This document shows positions 9,305 to 19,259 of a stretch of 64,000 bases of DNA, in pieces (the first letter of the stretch is position 1; every line of letters begins with the position of its first letter). This DNA is from Candidatus Bathyarchaeota archaeon (lineage in GTDB: Archaea; Thermoproteota; Bathyarchaeia; Bathyarchaeales; SOJC01), in NCBI GenBank assembly GCA_020354575.1, contig CP070649.1, forward strand, positions 830,504-894,503, written 5' to 3'. The translations under genes were made by a program, and so were the position numbers. The notes beneath the pieces are model-generated. The model made no database searches. It was not told where the DNA came from and saw only the letters and a program-made list of their open reading frames with translations.

Positions 9305-10725
9305 ATCAAATCACTTAACAATTTTAAGAGCCCTTGACTTGCAAGGTATCTATAAGTTCTTCTTTTCAACCCATTTGGAGAGAACAGTCCTTTAAATCGT
9401 CTACCTATCGAACCATAAAAACTTCTGTAACAATTGTATAATTCTTCCTGTACTTCTTTTCTTGATAAGGTTTCAGTCGGCATGATCGCATGCGTCATAT
9501 CATAATTAGCCCAGTTTGTATCTTCTATCCATCCATTCTGCTTAGCTGTTTGATATAGCTCTGTTCCAGGAAAGGGTGTTAGAATCATGAAAATCGCCAA
9601 ATCCGGATCGATGTGGTTCACAAACTCTCTGAGTCCTGATATTGACTCATGGGAATCTCTCCTGCCGCCTAAGATAAGAGTGGCTTGAGCGAAAATGTCA
9701 TTCTCTTTTAATAGTTTCATTCCCTGTTTTGCATCTTTAGGATTAATTTCCTTATGGAACGATTTTAATGTGGCTGCATTTCCGCTTTCGATTCCCACAA
9801 GTATCCATCGGTTTCCAGCTGCTCTAATTTTAGGTAGAATTTTCTGATGATTGATAATGTCATCACATCGAGCCTGCATAAACCACATTATATCGTCAGC
9901 AATCTTGTGTTGGATAATTTCATCACATAAGTCGCTGGCGTGTTTTCCAAGACCAAAGTTATCATCGGTTAACCAAAAAAATCTACAACCAAACTCGTTG
10001 TAGCAATGCTTAATTTCATCTGCAATGCGTTTTGGCGATTTAATTCTCCAAGTGCCTTCCCAATGCTTCCATTGAGTACAAAAGGTGCATTTATGAGGGC
10101 ATCCTCTGGACCCTTCGATGAGGGCATACTGTTTTCCACCAGCCATCATAGTAAAATGATACTTACCCATGTGTTTCTCAACAAAGTGATAGCCAGGAAA
10201 TGGCAAATCGTCTAAATCCTCGATTAAAGACCGCGGTGGATTATGTATGACCTTCTTTTTATGTCTAAACGAGATTCCTTCAATTCTTGAAAAAAGAGGT
10301 TTTTTGTTCCTTAATTCGCTAATTAATTCTACGAGAGTCTGTTCTCCTTCTCCACGAATGATGATATCGATCTCTGGAAAAGCCTTAAGGCTTTCTTCTG
10401 CCATGACTGAAAAATGCTGTCCTCCGATAACTGCTAGGATAGAAGGATTCACTCGTTTTGCAGTTGCTATTGTACGAATAACTGTATATGCGTTGCATGT
10501 TGCGAGAGCGCTTGGAGCCACTACATCAGGAGCGTACGATTCGATTTTCCTTTCTAATTCTTTCCATCCCAATCTTTCAGCTTGGCAGTCTAATACTTTT
10601 ATATCGATATTCTCACAATGGCGCTCAAGATAAGCTGCCAATTCTAGTATTCCAAGAGGTGGAGGGAGATATTCCCCCATAACAAACCAATGTTCTTTTG
10701 GTGGCTCCAAAAAGAGTACTTTCAA
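9301..10725 (-). CDS. B12-binding domain radical SAM protein
   Basis: CPHKCTFCTQ cluster plus an N-terminal cobalamin-binding-like domain. Same architecture as 81..1592. Confidence 0.8.
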   Translation of the reverse strand: MKVLFLEPPKEHWFVMGEYLPPPLGILELAAYLERHCENIDIKVLDCQAERLGWKELERKIESYAPDVVAPSALATCNAYTVIRTIATAKRVNPSILAVIGGQHFSVMAEESLKAFPEIDIIIRGEGEQTLVELISELRNKKPLFSRIEGISFRHKKKVIHNPPRSLIEDLDDLPFPGYHFVEKHMGKYHFTMMAGGKQYALIEGSRGCPHKCTFCTQWKHWEGTWRIKSPKRIADEIKHCYNEFGCRFFWLTDDNFGLGKHASDLCDEIIQHKIADDIMWFMQARCDDIINHQKILPKIRAAGNRWILVGIESGNAATLKSFHKEINPKDAKQGMKLLKENDIFAQATLILGGRRDSHESISGLREFVNHIDPDLAIFMILTPFPGTELYQTAKQNGWIEDTNWANYDMTHAIMPTETLSRKEVQEELYNCYRSFYGSIGRRFKGLFSPNGLKRRTYRYLASQGLLKLLSDLI

Positions 10726-10745
10726 TGAGCATTACCCCAGCAGGA

Positions 10746-11114
10746 TTATTTTTCATCTTCATTTAACTGTTCAGTTTCAGCATCCAGTTTACTTGATAAC
10801 TCCTGTCCCATCCATCGAAGGTAATTCTCCTGGCCTTCCGAAATGGGGATCGCTAGGATTTCCGGGATTTCATAGGTATGATGTCGAAGTATAGATGATT
10901 CCACAGCTTTATACAGGTCTCTTCGAGTTTTGATGATGCAAAGCCATTCAGATTGCTTTTCAATCCTCTTCTTCCACCAATAGATACTGGAAATTGGACC
11001 GATGACTTGTGAACATGCGGCGAGATGATCCCGAACAAGAGTATGAGCAATTTTTTCTGCTTTTTCTTCTGTGTCTACAGTAGTGACTATCTGAATATAT
11101 TTTTTAGAGCTCAT
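10746..11114 (-). CDS. cutA: divalent-cation tolerance protein CutA
   Basis: AACSQVIGPISSIYWWKKRIE...YEIPEILAIPI, typical of CutA1. Confidence 0.85.
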   Translation of the reverse strand: MSSKKYIQIVTTVDTEEKAEKIAHTLVRDHLAACSQVIGPISSIYWWKKRIEKQSEWLCIIKTRRDLYKAVESSILRHHTYEIPEILAIPISEGQENYLRWMGQELSSKLDAETEQLNEDEK

Positions 11115-11259
11115 TATTTTCCCAAGAAGTTAGCCTCTGAGCAAACTTAAAATTTTGTGAAAAATGCTTCCAGTCCTTGCATAGAAGTACAAAAGCAATT
11201 AGTCTCTTGCATGCATACCCTTGATCAGGCTAATCAGGGTATTCAATAGCGTGCGAAAT

Positions 11260-12222
11260 CTAGGTTGCTAAAATATGCGCCAGCTCTAGTTGACCAAGAT
11301 CTAGAGGTTTCGCTATTTTACATGTCTCTTCGAGATCTATAGTGACAATTTTTCCATGTTTTAGCCCAACAATTCGGCTTCCCTGTCCATTTAAAACCGA
11401 TTCTACCGCTTTATTTCCAAATAAACACGCTAGAAGTCTACTTCTTGCCGTCGGGCTTCCTCCTCTTTGAGCATATCCGAGCACGGAAAGCCGAACTTCT
11501 GATCCAGTCTGCTTTTCAATGTTTTTTGCAAGGTTTCGAGTATCCCCAATTCCTTCAGCAGCGACAATAATACTCGACTTTTTACCCTTTGCATCATTCT
11601 CCTTGATAGTTTGCACGATTTTTTGTTTTCTAATCTTCACTTCAGGGATTAAAATAACCTCAGCACCAGCAGCTATTCCTCCTGCCAAGGCGAGAAATCC
11701 CCTTTTCTTCCCCATAACTTCAATGATGAAAATTCTGTCATGAGAGATAGCTGTATCTCGAATTTTGTCGATTTCTGTCACAGCAGTATTTACGGCAGTA
11801 TCAAAACCTATGGTCTCATCCGTCCCGAAGACGTCGTTATCTATTGAAGCTGGTATTCCAACTATCAAAGTGTCAGTTTTGAAACTTAGTTTATTAGCAC
11901 CTCTAAAGGAACCGTCCCCACCTATAACTATGAGTCCATCAATCTCATTACTCTTAAGAGTCCTACTAGCCATTTCTAAGCCTCCTTCTGTTTCAAAATT
12001 TGGGCTCCTTGCAGTGTATAAAATCGTCCCTCCCTGTCCCAAGATTCCTCCAACAGAACGCGGAGTCAAAGGCCTAACCCTTGCTTTCATTAAACCCTCC
12101 CATCCTCTCTCAAAACCAAAAACTTCTAGTCCCTTTGAGTGAGCAACCCGAGTAATTGCTCGGATTGTAGCGTTCATTCCTGGTGCATCTCCACCGCTTG
12201 TAACGACTCCCAACTTTTTCAA
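11260..12222 (-). CDS. pfkA: ATP-dependent 6-phosphofructokinase (PfkA family)
   Basis: GVVTSGGDAPGMNATIRA, IGGDGSFRGA, PASIDNDV and MGKKRGFLAL. GGDGS (Gly rather than Asp) argues for ATP over PPi as donor. TTG start. Confidence 0.85.
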   Translation of the reverse strand: MKKLGVVTSGGDAPGMNATIRAITRVAHSKGLEVFGFERGWEGLMKARVRPLTPRSVGGILGQGGTILYTARSPNFETEGGLEMASRTLKSNEIDGLIVIGGDGSFRGANKLSFKTDTLIVGIPASIDNDVFGTDETIGFDTAVNTAVTEIDKIRDTAISHDRIFIIEVMGKKRGFLALAGGIAAGAEVILIPEVKIRKQKIVQTIKENDAKGKKSSIIVAAEGIGDTRNLAKNIEKQTGSEVRLSVLGYAQRGGSPTARSRLLACLFGNKAVESVLNGQGSRIVGLKHGKIVTIDLEETCKIAKPLDLGQLELAHILAT

Positions 12223-12369
12223 TATTAAACCTCATCTACCCTCTCTTCACTTGGTGAATGAATGCGTATGATTTAGCAAAGATAAGTTTAGCAGTTGATT
12301 AATGATGCATGCATCTTCATTAAAAAGCCTTTATTCGACCTCACCTGATTTATTTGGCGAGTTGGCTGT

Positions 12370-13611
12370 ATGTCTATAGTGGGTGGGAAAGCCCGACCAT
12401 ATTCGATTGGAATTGTAGGAAAGCCAAATGTTGGCAAGTCCACATTTTTTTCCGCTGCTACATTAGCACCCGCGGAGATTGCAAACTATCCTTTTACTAC
12501 CATAAAACCAAACCGCGGAATCGGATATATTCGTACACACTGTGTTCATGAAGAATTTGGTGTAAAAGATAATCCAATCAATTCGCTATGCCTTAATGGT
12601 ATGAGGATGATTCCAGTAGAATTGGTTGATTGCGCGGGATTGGTTCCCGGTGCATGGGAAGGACGGGGTTTGGGCAACCAATTTCTGGATGAAATAAGGA
12701 AAGCTGATGCGTTGCTCCATATCGTTGACGCTGCAGGAGCCACAGACATAGAGGGAAGACAATGCAAACCAGGCAGACATGATCCTTTGGTAGATGTCCA
12801 TTTCTTGGATATCGAAATCGCCATGTGGATGAATAGTATCATCAAACGTGATTGGATTAGAATGGCCAGAGCCGTTGAAGCTGGTGGCAGAGGCGTCAAA
12901 TTACTTAATGAGCTTGAAGAAAGACTAAGCGGATTGTCCATTAAACGAAGACATATTTTTGAGGCTGTTCAGCAGAGCGGACTGAACGCTGCCAAACCAA
13001 CCTCTTGGAGCGAAGAAGAATTAATGAAGTTCGCAGATATTTTGCGGAAAATTTCCAAACCGATGTTAATTGCAGCAAACAAAATTGATTTACCAACTGC
13101 TGAAGAAAACGTAGAGAGATTGAAGCAGCAAGGGTTAACCGTTATTCCCTGTAGCGCCGAGGCAGAATTAGCTATGCGCAGAGCTGCAGAGAAAAAGTGG
13201 ATAGATTACACACCTGGCGACTGTAATTATAAAGTTCTTACCCCAGATTTACTAACAGAGACTCAGCACAAAGCTCTCCAAACGATAAAAGAAAAGATCT
13301 TAACTCCTCATGGTTCAACGGGTGTCCAAGAAGCCATCAATACTGCCTACTTTAAGCTCTTGAACTGCATAGTCGTATACCCCGTCGAAGATATAGAAAA
13401 ACTCTGTAATCACAAGGGCGAAATATTGCCCGATGCATACATTGTCCCATATGGAACCACAGCTCGAGAACTTGCTTATATAATCCACACAGAACTTGGT
13501 GATAACTTCATCTACGCCATAGAAGCTCGTGAGAAGAATCGAATAGGGGAGAGTTACTTGCTGAAAGATAGAGATATAATCACCATCATAAGCGCCAAAA
13601 AAAGGGCTTAA
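12370..13611 (+). CDS. Obg-family (YchF/OLA1-like) GTPase/ATPase with C-terminal TGS domain
   Basis: P-loop GKPNVGKSTFF, then DCAGLV and NKID. C-terminal TGS-like beta-grasp region. Confidence 0.8.
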   Translation: MSIVGGKARPYSIGIVGKPNVGKSTFFSAATLAPAEIANYPFTTIKPNRGIGYIRTHCVHEEFGVKDNPINSLCLNGMRMIPVELVDCAGLVPGAWEGRGLGNQFLDEIRKADALLHIVDAAGATDIEGRQCKPGRHDPLVDVHFLDIEIAMWMNSIIKRDWIRMARAVEAGGRGVKLLNELEERLSGLSIKRRHIFEAVQQSGLNAAKPTSWSEEELMKFADILRKISKPMLIAANKIDLPTAEENVERLKQQGLTVIPCSAEAELAMRRAAEKKWIDYTPGDCNYKVLTPDLLTETQHKALQTIKEKILTPHGSTGVQEAINTAYFKLLNCIVVYPVEDIEKLCNHKGEILPDAYIVPYGTTARELAYIIHTELGDNFIYAIEAREKNRIGESYLLKDRDIITIISAKKRA

Positions 13612-13675
13612 TGCATGCTTTCTGAAAGTTATCCCCTCCCTAATGAGACGACCTTTCAGGAGAAAAATCCCTCGA

Positions 13676-14437
13676 CTACCAACGCCCCTCTGTAACTTCT
13701 AAAATCCGACGAGGAGAAAAACATACAAACTCAGCTCGAGCTATGAATCTTCCAAGTTTTGGCACTAGCCCTGATGCATCTGTTCCAAGTTTACATATCA
13801 TAGCGTGTTCAAAAATGCCTAATGGCTCAACTCGTAAAACATCACGAACAAGTCTTGCTTTCCTAATTGCCTTTTTTACCTCTCTACTCAATGCTCCTAA
13901 GATCAGCAATCGATCAATGCGCGAATTAGTCCATTCTCCATAAAGCTCCAATTGGCTTTCTGCCAACTCTGCCTTGAAGGCGTCCTTGTGCGCTCCACTA
14001 ATAAAAATTTCCAAGGGAAAGCCCTTAGTCAATCCAAATAATTCAACAATTCGGGATAGAGCGAATTTCTTTCCATCAATTAACTGTCCTTGCAAACGTC
14101 GCAAAGAGATGGAGGCATAAATAGGCCTTGGCAAGAAAATTCCAATATCCACCAAAACTCCCTTGTCTCGTCTCGATGCAAGAATTTTTCCACGCATCAA
14201 AGAAAAACTTTCCACTGTCTCTCTAGAGATTGGTGCGAGGCCTACATCCCTTTCCAAAAGGCGCACTGCAACTTTCTCATCTTCTCCAGAAACTCTAACT
14301 TTAATCCACTCGTTCTCGACTACGCTCAAATCTTCTAATCTTACTTTCAATCCTTCACAGAGACTATCTAAAATTTCCTTAATTTTGCGTAAATCGTTTT
14401 TCCTGTAGATCTTCTGAAGTAATACTACTTCACGCAA
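13676..14437 (-). CDS. conserved archaeal hypothetical protein (DUF2110-like)
   Basis: 253-aa ORF with no catalytic motif. Family assignment is from memory only. Confidence 0.4.
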   Translation of the reverse strand: MREVVLLQKIYRKNDLRKIKEILDSLCEGLKVRLEDLSVVENEWIKVRVSGEDEKVAVRLLERDVGLAPISRETVESFSLMRGKILASRRDKGVLVDIGIFLPRPIYASISLRRLQGQLIDGKKFALSRIVELFGLTKGFPLEIFISGAHKDAFKAELAESQLELYGEWTNSRIDRLLILGALSREVKKAIRKARLVRDVLRVEPLGIFEHAMICKLGTDASGLVPKLGRFIARAEFVCFSPRRILEVTEGRW

Positions 14438-14449
14438 GCAGGATCCCTT

Positions 14450-14980
14450 TTATTGTAAGCAAACTGAGAATTCTTCATGCCACTGTTTCAAGCGTTCAAC
14501 AGAAGCGTCCGGGATATTTCTATCTTGATAGAATCTCTCAATGGCTACATCTAAGGGAACCAGCATAGAGCCTTCAATTAATTTATCAGCATAAGCCACA
14601 ACTCGTTCCTCTAGAGACTCCGGAATATAGCTCTTCACTGGCCATCCTAATTTTTTAGCTTCGATTTTAGTGATTCCACTCCCCACATGCCGCTCTATAA
14701 TTGCAATGACCGCATCTGGTAATTTCAGAGTCCTCGCAATTTTCGCTCCTAAGATGCCATGATCAACACCATGAGTTCTCCCTCGTCCAATGTCATGCAA
14801 AAGAGCACCTATCCGCACTAGATCAACATCAACTTCTAATCCCTTTTTCTTGCAAGCTTTAGCTAATTCCACCGCAAAGTCTGTAACAGCTTTGCAATGC
14901 TCAACCACTCTTTTTGAACATCCCACACTTTCTAGGAGCTTTATCGCTTCCTCGTCAGAAAGCAGTCGTTTACTCACCAA
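14450..14980 (-). CDS. HD-domain phosphohydrolase (TIGR00295-like)
   Basis: ALLHDIGRG...HG motif. Confidence 0.75.
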   Translation of the reverse strand: MVSKRLLSDEEAIKLLESVGCSKRVVEHCKAVTDFAVELAKACKKKGLEVDVDLVRIGALLHDIGRGRTHGVDHGILGAKIARTLKLPDAVIAIIERHVGSGITKIEAKKLGWPVKSYIPESLEERVVAYADKLIEGSMLVPLDVAIERFYQDRNIPDASVERLKQWHEEFSVCLQ

Positions 14981-15482
14981 GTTCCTTCCTTAGCTGGTCA
15001 ACCTTCTGGGACAAAATCGTAACCATCTTGTGGTTATCAGAGTGCATCATTGGCTTGTCACATGTGGGGCATTGGAAAAGCAGTTCCATTGCGTCTTCAA
15101 AAGGAATCCTCTTGCAACCTGGAGTTCCACAATGGTAAAAATCGTGGTTTTTTTCGTAACTGAGTCGAGCGTCCAACTTCTGTAGAACGTATCTCTTTTG
15201 GTTCATGATAAATCCCTCAAGCTGGTCTGGCTGCAGCTTCCAATGAAAAATAAACCAACCAGTGTTTTGATCTCTTGACCTTCTCAGGGAGACAAGAGAA
15301 TGATCATATAATCTGTAAAGTATTTTTCGAACCGAATTTAGTCTTATCCCTGTTTTATTTGCTATTTGATCGTCAGTAATTTCATCTGCATCTTTTAATG
15401 TATAGATGATCTGTATTGCCTCCTCTTGTCCCAAGACTTCTGCAACTTTCACTAGAGTTTCATCGTCTACAAGAGTCAACAT
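14970..15482 (-). CDS. tfe: transcription factor E (TFIIE-alpha homologue)
   Basis: N-terminal wHTH (ITDDQIANKTGIRLNSVRKILYRLYD) and a C-terminal zinc ribbon (CGTPGC...CPTC). Confidence 0.85.
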   Translation of the reverse strand: MLTLVDDETLVKVAEVLGQEEAIQIIYTLKDADEITDDQIANKTGIRLNSVRKILYRLYDHSLVSLRRSRDQNTGWFIFHWKLQPDQLEGFIMNQKRYVLQKLDARLSYEKNHDFYHCGTPGCKRIPFEDAMELLFQCPTCDKPMMHSDNHKMVTILSQKVDQLRKELGE

Positions 15483-15630
15483 AGTCTATTTCTACCTCCC
15501 ATTGATATACTCTCCATAAAAAGGATCTCTGCATGCATTTCATTTCATACATAAAATTGACAAGATTAATGCAAACATCTGCATATGAAAACGCGTAAAA
15601 AGCTTCCTCGATGTCCATATATAAAACGTC

Positions 15631-16263
15631 TCATGCAAGAATATAAATTTTAGGCATAGGAACCGGGAATGCAAGCGACAGATTTGTGTGAATATCCTTT
15701 CTTCTTTTATCTTTTTTCACTAGCTTCTTTCCATGTGTTCTCGGAATGATCTGCAGATTGGCTCTCTCAAATTTCCTATCTAATTCCTTTCCTTCGAAAA
15801 ATCGATCAAGAAAAATGGCGAGACTGGAACACTCAGAATGAGGTTGATTTCCCACAGCAACATTGAAGTGAGAAATCTTTTTAGAAAAAAAATCACCTGG
15901 AACTTTTTGGCTGCCAACTATCACTAGCACGTTCTTTCCTGTTGCACGAATTCGTTGAATGACTTTGCTTGTTTGAATATTCTCGCCATAGGCAGTCAAA
16001 TGTGCTACTACCCCCCCTTTTTCCCTCCACGCCTTCAGAGCGGTTCTCCATGGAATTCCCATTTTAAAGAAGAAGACCCCTCCCCAATTCTCGATTACTT
16101 GCGCTAAAGTTCTTTTTAATTTGATATCTGCAATGTCGGTGAGAATCATTCCGGATGCGCCTAACGCTCGAGCTGTGAGAGCGATATGAGTAGTTAATCT
16201 TGCATCTCTTGACCGATGGCCCCACCTCAATACTACGACTTTAGCTGGCTTGATTTTTTTCAA
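15631..16263 (-). CDS. trm56: tRNA (cytidine56-2'-O)-methyltransferase aTrm56
   Basis: VVVLRWGHRSRDARLTTHIALTARALGA, SPOUT-type. Overlaps the hflX stop by 4 nt. Confidence 0.8.
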   Translation of the reverse strand: MKKIKPAKVVVLRWGHRSRDARLTTHIALTARALGASGMILTDIADIKLKRTLAQVIENWGGVFFFKMGIPWRTALKAWREKGGVVAHLTAYGENIQTSKVIQRIRATGKNVLVIVGSQKVPGDFFSKKISHFNVAVGNQPHSECSSLAIFLDRFFEGKELDRKFERANLQIIPRTHGKKLVKKDKRRKDIHTNLSLAFPVPMPKIYILA

Positions 16264-17519
16264 TTATTTGTGCTCCTATATTTCTTTATCACACCACCAT
16301 ACTTCTTTGCACGTCCAAGAACTTTATCCGCAAAGATGGGAGTTGCCTCGAAGATCACATCAGCATGATCTTTTATATATTGAATATTTGTCACGTTAGT
16401 GTGCTCAAACATCCACGATAAAAAAGAGTTAGTTTCGTTTGTAATAGGAATAGAAAAGGCCGCACTGACATAATTCTTAAGATGTTTCGCTAGTTTTTGC
16501 TTGAGGAGGTCGATCCCCACATTATTGAGAGCTGAAATTGAGACAATATTCGGAGTCAAATCCCGCAGTACTTCAATTCGTTGTTGGACCTCTAGCTCGG
16601 ATAGCAAGTCGATCTTATTAAGCGCTGTCACTACAGGGATGCCGTATGCTCCTATCTTCTGAATTGTGTCAAAGCTCGTTGAGAGTTTTCTCTTTATTTC
16701 CTTCACCGATTCGAATGAATCTACTATTAGCAATATCAGGTCTGAGAAGATTGTCTCTTCAAGAGTTGATCGGAAAGCTTCTATTAACGAAATTGGGAGC
16801 CTATCAATGAATCCAACAGTATCTGTCAAGATAGTTCTCTTTCCAGGCAATTCCACGATTCTCGAAGTAGTAGAAAGGGTTGTAAATAGTCCTTCACCTG
16901 TTGGCACTGATTCTTGAGCAAGAATATTGAAAAGAGTGCTTTTCCCTGCGCAGGTATAGCCTGCTAATGAAACAGAAGTGAGACCAAGTTTTTGTCTTTG
17001 TCTTCTATGTAGACCTCTTTTTCTCTTAATTCTTTTCAGCTTTTCTTGAATTGTATGAACTTGTCCTTGGACTGTATTATGATAAATATCCACTTCATAC
17101 GCGCCCAAACCCATGAAACCTGGTTGTTCTTCCAACCTAGCCAAACGAACTTTTTCTTTTGCGTGTGTTAATTCGTACTGAAGCTTCGCGAGTTTAATCT
17201 GAAGCTTAGCTTCAGTTGTCGATGCTCTTCGGTTGAATATTTCTAGGATTAGTTGAAATCGATCTATCACTTCAACACCGGTTATCCCAGCCAGATTATA
17301 CGCTTGCACTGATTTTAGCCTGTTATCAAATATTATCCTCTTAACATCGTGCTCTCTGACTAATTGTGAAATTTCCTTTACTTTACCGCTTCCTATTTGA
17401 AAACGAGAGTCCGACTTCCGAACTTGCTCGATGGCTGCAACAACGTTATATCCTGCTGCTTCTGCTAAACTCTCAAGTTCTTCTAGACTGCAAATCTCGT
17501 GTCTCAAACGTCGCTGCAC
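16260..17519 (-). CDS. hflX: GTPase HflX
   Basis: HflX N-domain followed by a G-domain (GYTCAGKSTLFN, DTVGF, NKID). Confidence 0.88.
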   Translation of the reverse strand: MQRRLRHEICSLEELESLAEAAGYNVVAAIEQVRKSDSRFQIGSGKVKEISQLVREHDVKRIIFDNRLKSVQAYNLAGITGVEVIDRFQLILEIFNRRASTTEAKLQIKLAKLQYELTHAKEKVRLARLEEQPGFMGLGAYEVDIYHNTVQGQVHTIQEKLKRIKRKRGLHRRQRQKLGLTSVSLAGYTCAGKSTLFNILAQESVPTGEGLFTTLSTTSRIVELPGKRTILTDTVGFIDRLPISLIEAFRSTLEETIFSDLILLIVDSFESVKEIKRKLSTSFDTIQKIGAYGIPVVTALNKIDLLSELEVQQRIEVLRDLTPNIVSISALNNVGIDLLKQKLAKHLKNYVSAAFSIPITNETNSFLSWMFEHTNVTNIQYIKDHADVIFEATPIFADKVLGRAKKYGGVIKKYRSTNN

Positions 17520-17533
17520 AATGATTGCTTTGG

Positions 17534-18064
17534 TTATTTTGTTTCCTCCGATGATCTTTCTCTGTGTCCAATTAGGTCTCCTAATGTAACCGCTTTTGGA
17601 GTAGTAGCTAAAAGCTCCTTAGGAAGTTTCTTTCTCGTTGGGGGGACAAGAAGCTTGATTTTCAATGCGTGCTGTAGTTTTCCTGCTAGCTTATTATCCG
17701 GCTTCATTTTATGGCTTTCTAACTTCCTAATCACAGAGATTTTTTCATTAATTCTCCTACCAAGATCTTCATGGCTAAATCCATTTGCTTCTCGAGCCTG
17801 ACGTATGCGAGTTCCGAAATCAGCCACTAACTCTAAGGTTGGCTCTAGAGGGGATTGGCGCTTCATCACAAACCTTGATTTTTGTTTGATCGGTCTGTGA
17901 ACTTTGGCACGTGGTTTTCTTTGTTCTGATGGTTTTAGCTCCCAACTCATTGATCCAAGCAGTGCACAATCAGGACACACTACGAGCCTAGCTCCTTCAA
18001 TTATTGCCTTGAATGTTTTACCTTTTATGCTTCGACCGCAAACTTCGCATTGCAAAATAATCAC
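17534..18064 (-). CDS. mbf1: archaeal multiprotein bridging factor aMBF1
   Basis: N-terminal zinc ribbon (CEVCG...CPDC) and a C-terminal XRE-type HTH (IRQAREANGFSHEDLGRRINEK). Confidence 0.85.
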   Translation of the reverse strand: MIILQCEVCGRSIKGKTFKAIIEGARLVVCPDCALLGSMSWELKPSEQRKPRAKVHRPIKQKSRFVMKRQSPLEPTLELVADFGTRIRQAREANGFSHEDLGRRINEKISVIRKLESHKMKPDNKLAGKLQHALKIKLLVPPTRKKLPKELLATTPKAVTLGDLIGHRERSSEETK

Positions 18065-18380
18065 CTAAAGCACATATGCGTGCTTTCGAGGTTCGAGCCA
18101 TATAATTCACGATTGACCCTTAGGAATTGGTTGACTATTGTGTCTTATAGGAATTCCGATAGTATCGATATAAAAGCCCAATGACCTACATCATTAAGTG
18201 ATTTAATTAGATGTGGAATTAGCTTGCTGAATAAGCTTATTTGGAATGCATAAAGAATTCGTGCACAGAACACTATGCATTGCGCAACTACTTTTTAAAA
18301 GAAAAAATCGCTGAGCTTCAATCAAAAAGGTTTTACATGTTTCCTGTTTTTTATATTCGTCGTATGGTTAGTGATATTTC

Positions 18381-18869
18381 ATGTTAATCAGTCCATTACA
18401 GAAAATTCGTGCTATAGCCGACTATCAGTTTGGGCGAGGAATTGGCAATTTTCTTTTTCCGGATAATGTAAAACTCTCTTTTTCTCGCCGAACTGGGAAA
18501 ATACGGCATATTTCTCTGGAAAATGAGCTTTTAGCTACTTTGCGACCTACTAGTGGCTTGTTTGCGTTGACTGTTGAAGGAGCGAGTCGTATGACGCTTT
18601 TTGAACCTCGTCGGCTATGGGTTGAGGTTCAAGATGATGTTTCAGACTTCATTGCCAAAGGCAGAACAGTCTTTGCAAAGCATGTTATTGACTGTGATGA
18701 GGAGATTCGACCCGGTGAGGAAGTTGCTGTTATCAGCAAGGAAGGTCATGTCTTGGCTGTTGGCAGAGCAGTTTTGGCAGGAAGTGAGATGAAAGCTTTC
18801 AGCCATAGCGTTGCAGTTCGTGTAAGACGAGGGATTTCCGAAAATCGAAAGAGGAAAGTTAAGAGGTAG
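18381..18869 (+). CDS. PUA-domain RNA-binding protein
   Basis: IRAIADYQFG...PGEEVAVISKEGHVLAVGRAVLAGSEM is typical of pre-PUA plus PUA. Confidence 0.7.
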   Translation: MLISPLQKIRAIADYQFGRGIGNFLFPDNVKLSFSRRTGKIRHISLENELLATLRPTSGLFALTVEGASRMTLFEPRRLWVEVQDDVSDFIAKGRTVFAKHVIDCDEEIRPGEEVAVISKEGHVLAVGRAVLAGSEMKAFSHSVAVRVRRGISENRKRKVKR

Positions 18870-18914
18870 ATATGTGAAAAGTATAAGGGGAGTAAATGAA
18901 AGTTGCGTAAGAGT

Positions 18915-19259
18915 ATGAGTCCGCGAGAGACCAAACGGTTGATGAAACGTATGGGATTAAGCATGAACAATATGCCTGCGGTACAACAAGTTGTGATTAA
19001 AACCAGCACAAAAGACATTATTATTGAAGAGCCAGAAGTAACAATAATGAACCTTAAAGGTCAAAAGGTGTTTCAAGTTGCAGGTGGGAAAATCACTGAA
19101 AGAGCATCCGGAGTCCACGAGAAGAAAATTACAATTCCAGATGAAGATGTAAGATTAGTAGCAGATCAAACGGGCAAAAGTATTGAGGAATCAAAACAGG
19201 CTTTGGAAGAATGTGGTGGTGACCTTGCCAAAGCAATTCTTCTTCTTCAGGTACGTTAG
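18915..19259 (+). CDS. nac: nascent polypeptide-associated complex protein (NAC alpha, with UBA)
   Basis: NAC domain (VVIKTSTKDIIIEEPEVTIMNLKGQKVFQVAG) and a C-terminal UBA (EESKQALEECGGDLAKAILLL). Confidence 0.88.
   Translation: MSPRETKRLMKRMGLSMNNMPAVQQVVIKTSTKDIIIEEPEVTIMNLKGQKVFQVAGGKITERASGVHEKKITIPDEDVRLVADQTGKSIEESKQALEECGGDLAKAILLLQVR

Noticed and set aside
12546-12941. 131-aa minus-strand ORF, plus many similar ORFs antisense to large genes (e.g. 44240..44734, 46640..47272, 58696..59016, 59926..60694)
   Set aside because: Each lies wholly inside a confidently identified gene on the opposite strand and has a biased Ser/Pro/Leu-rich composition typical of antisense frames.
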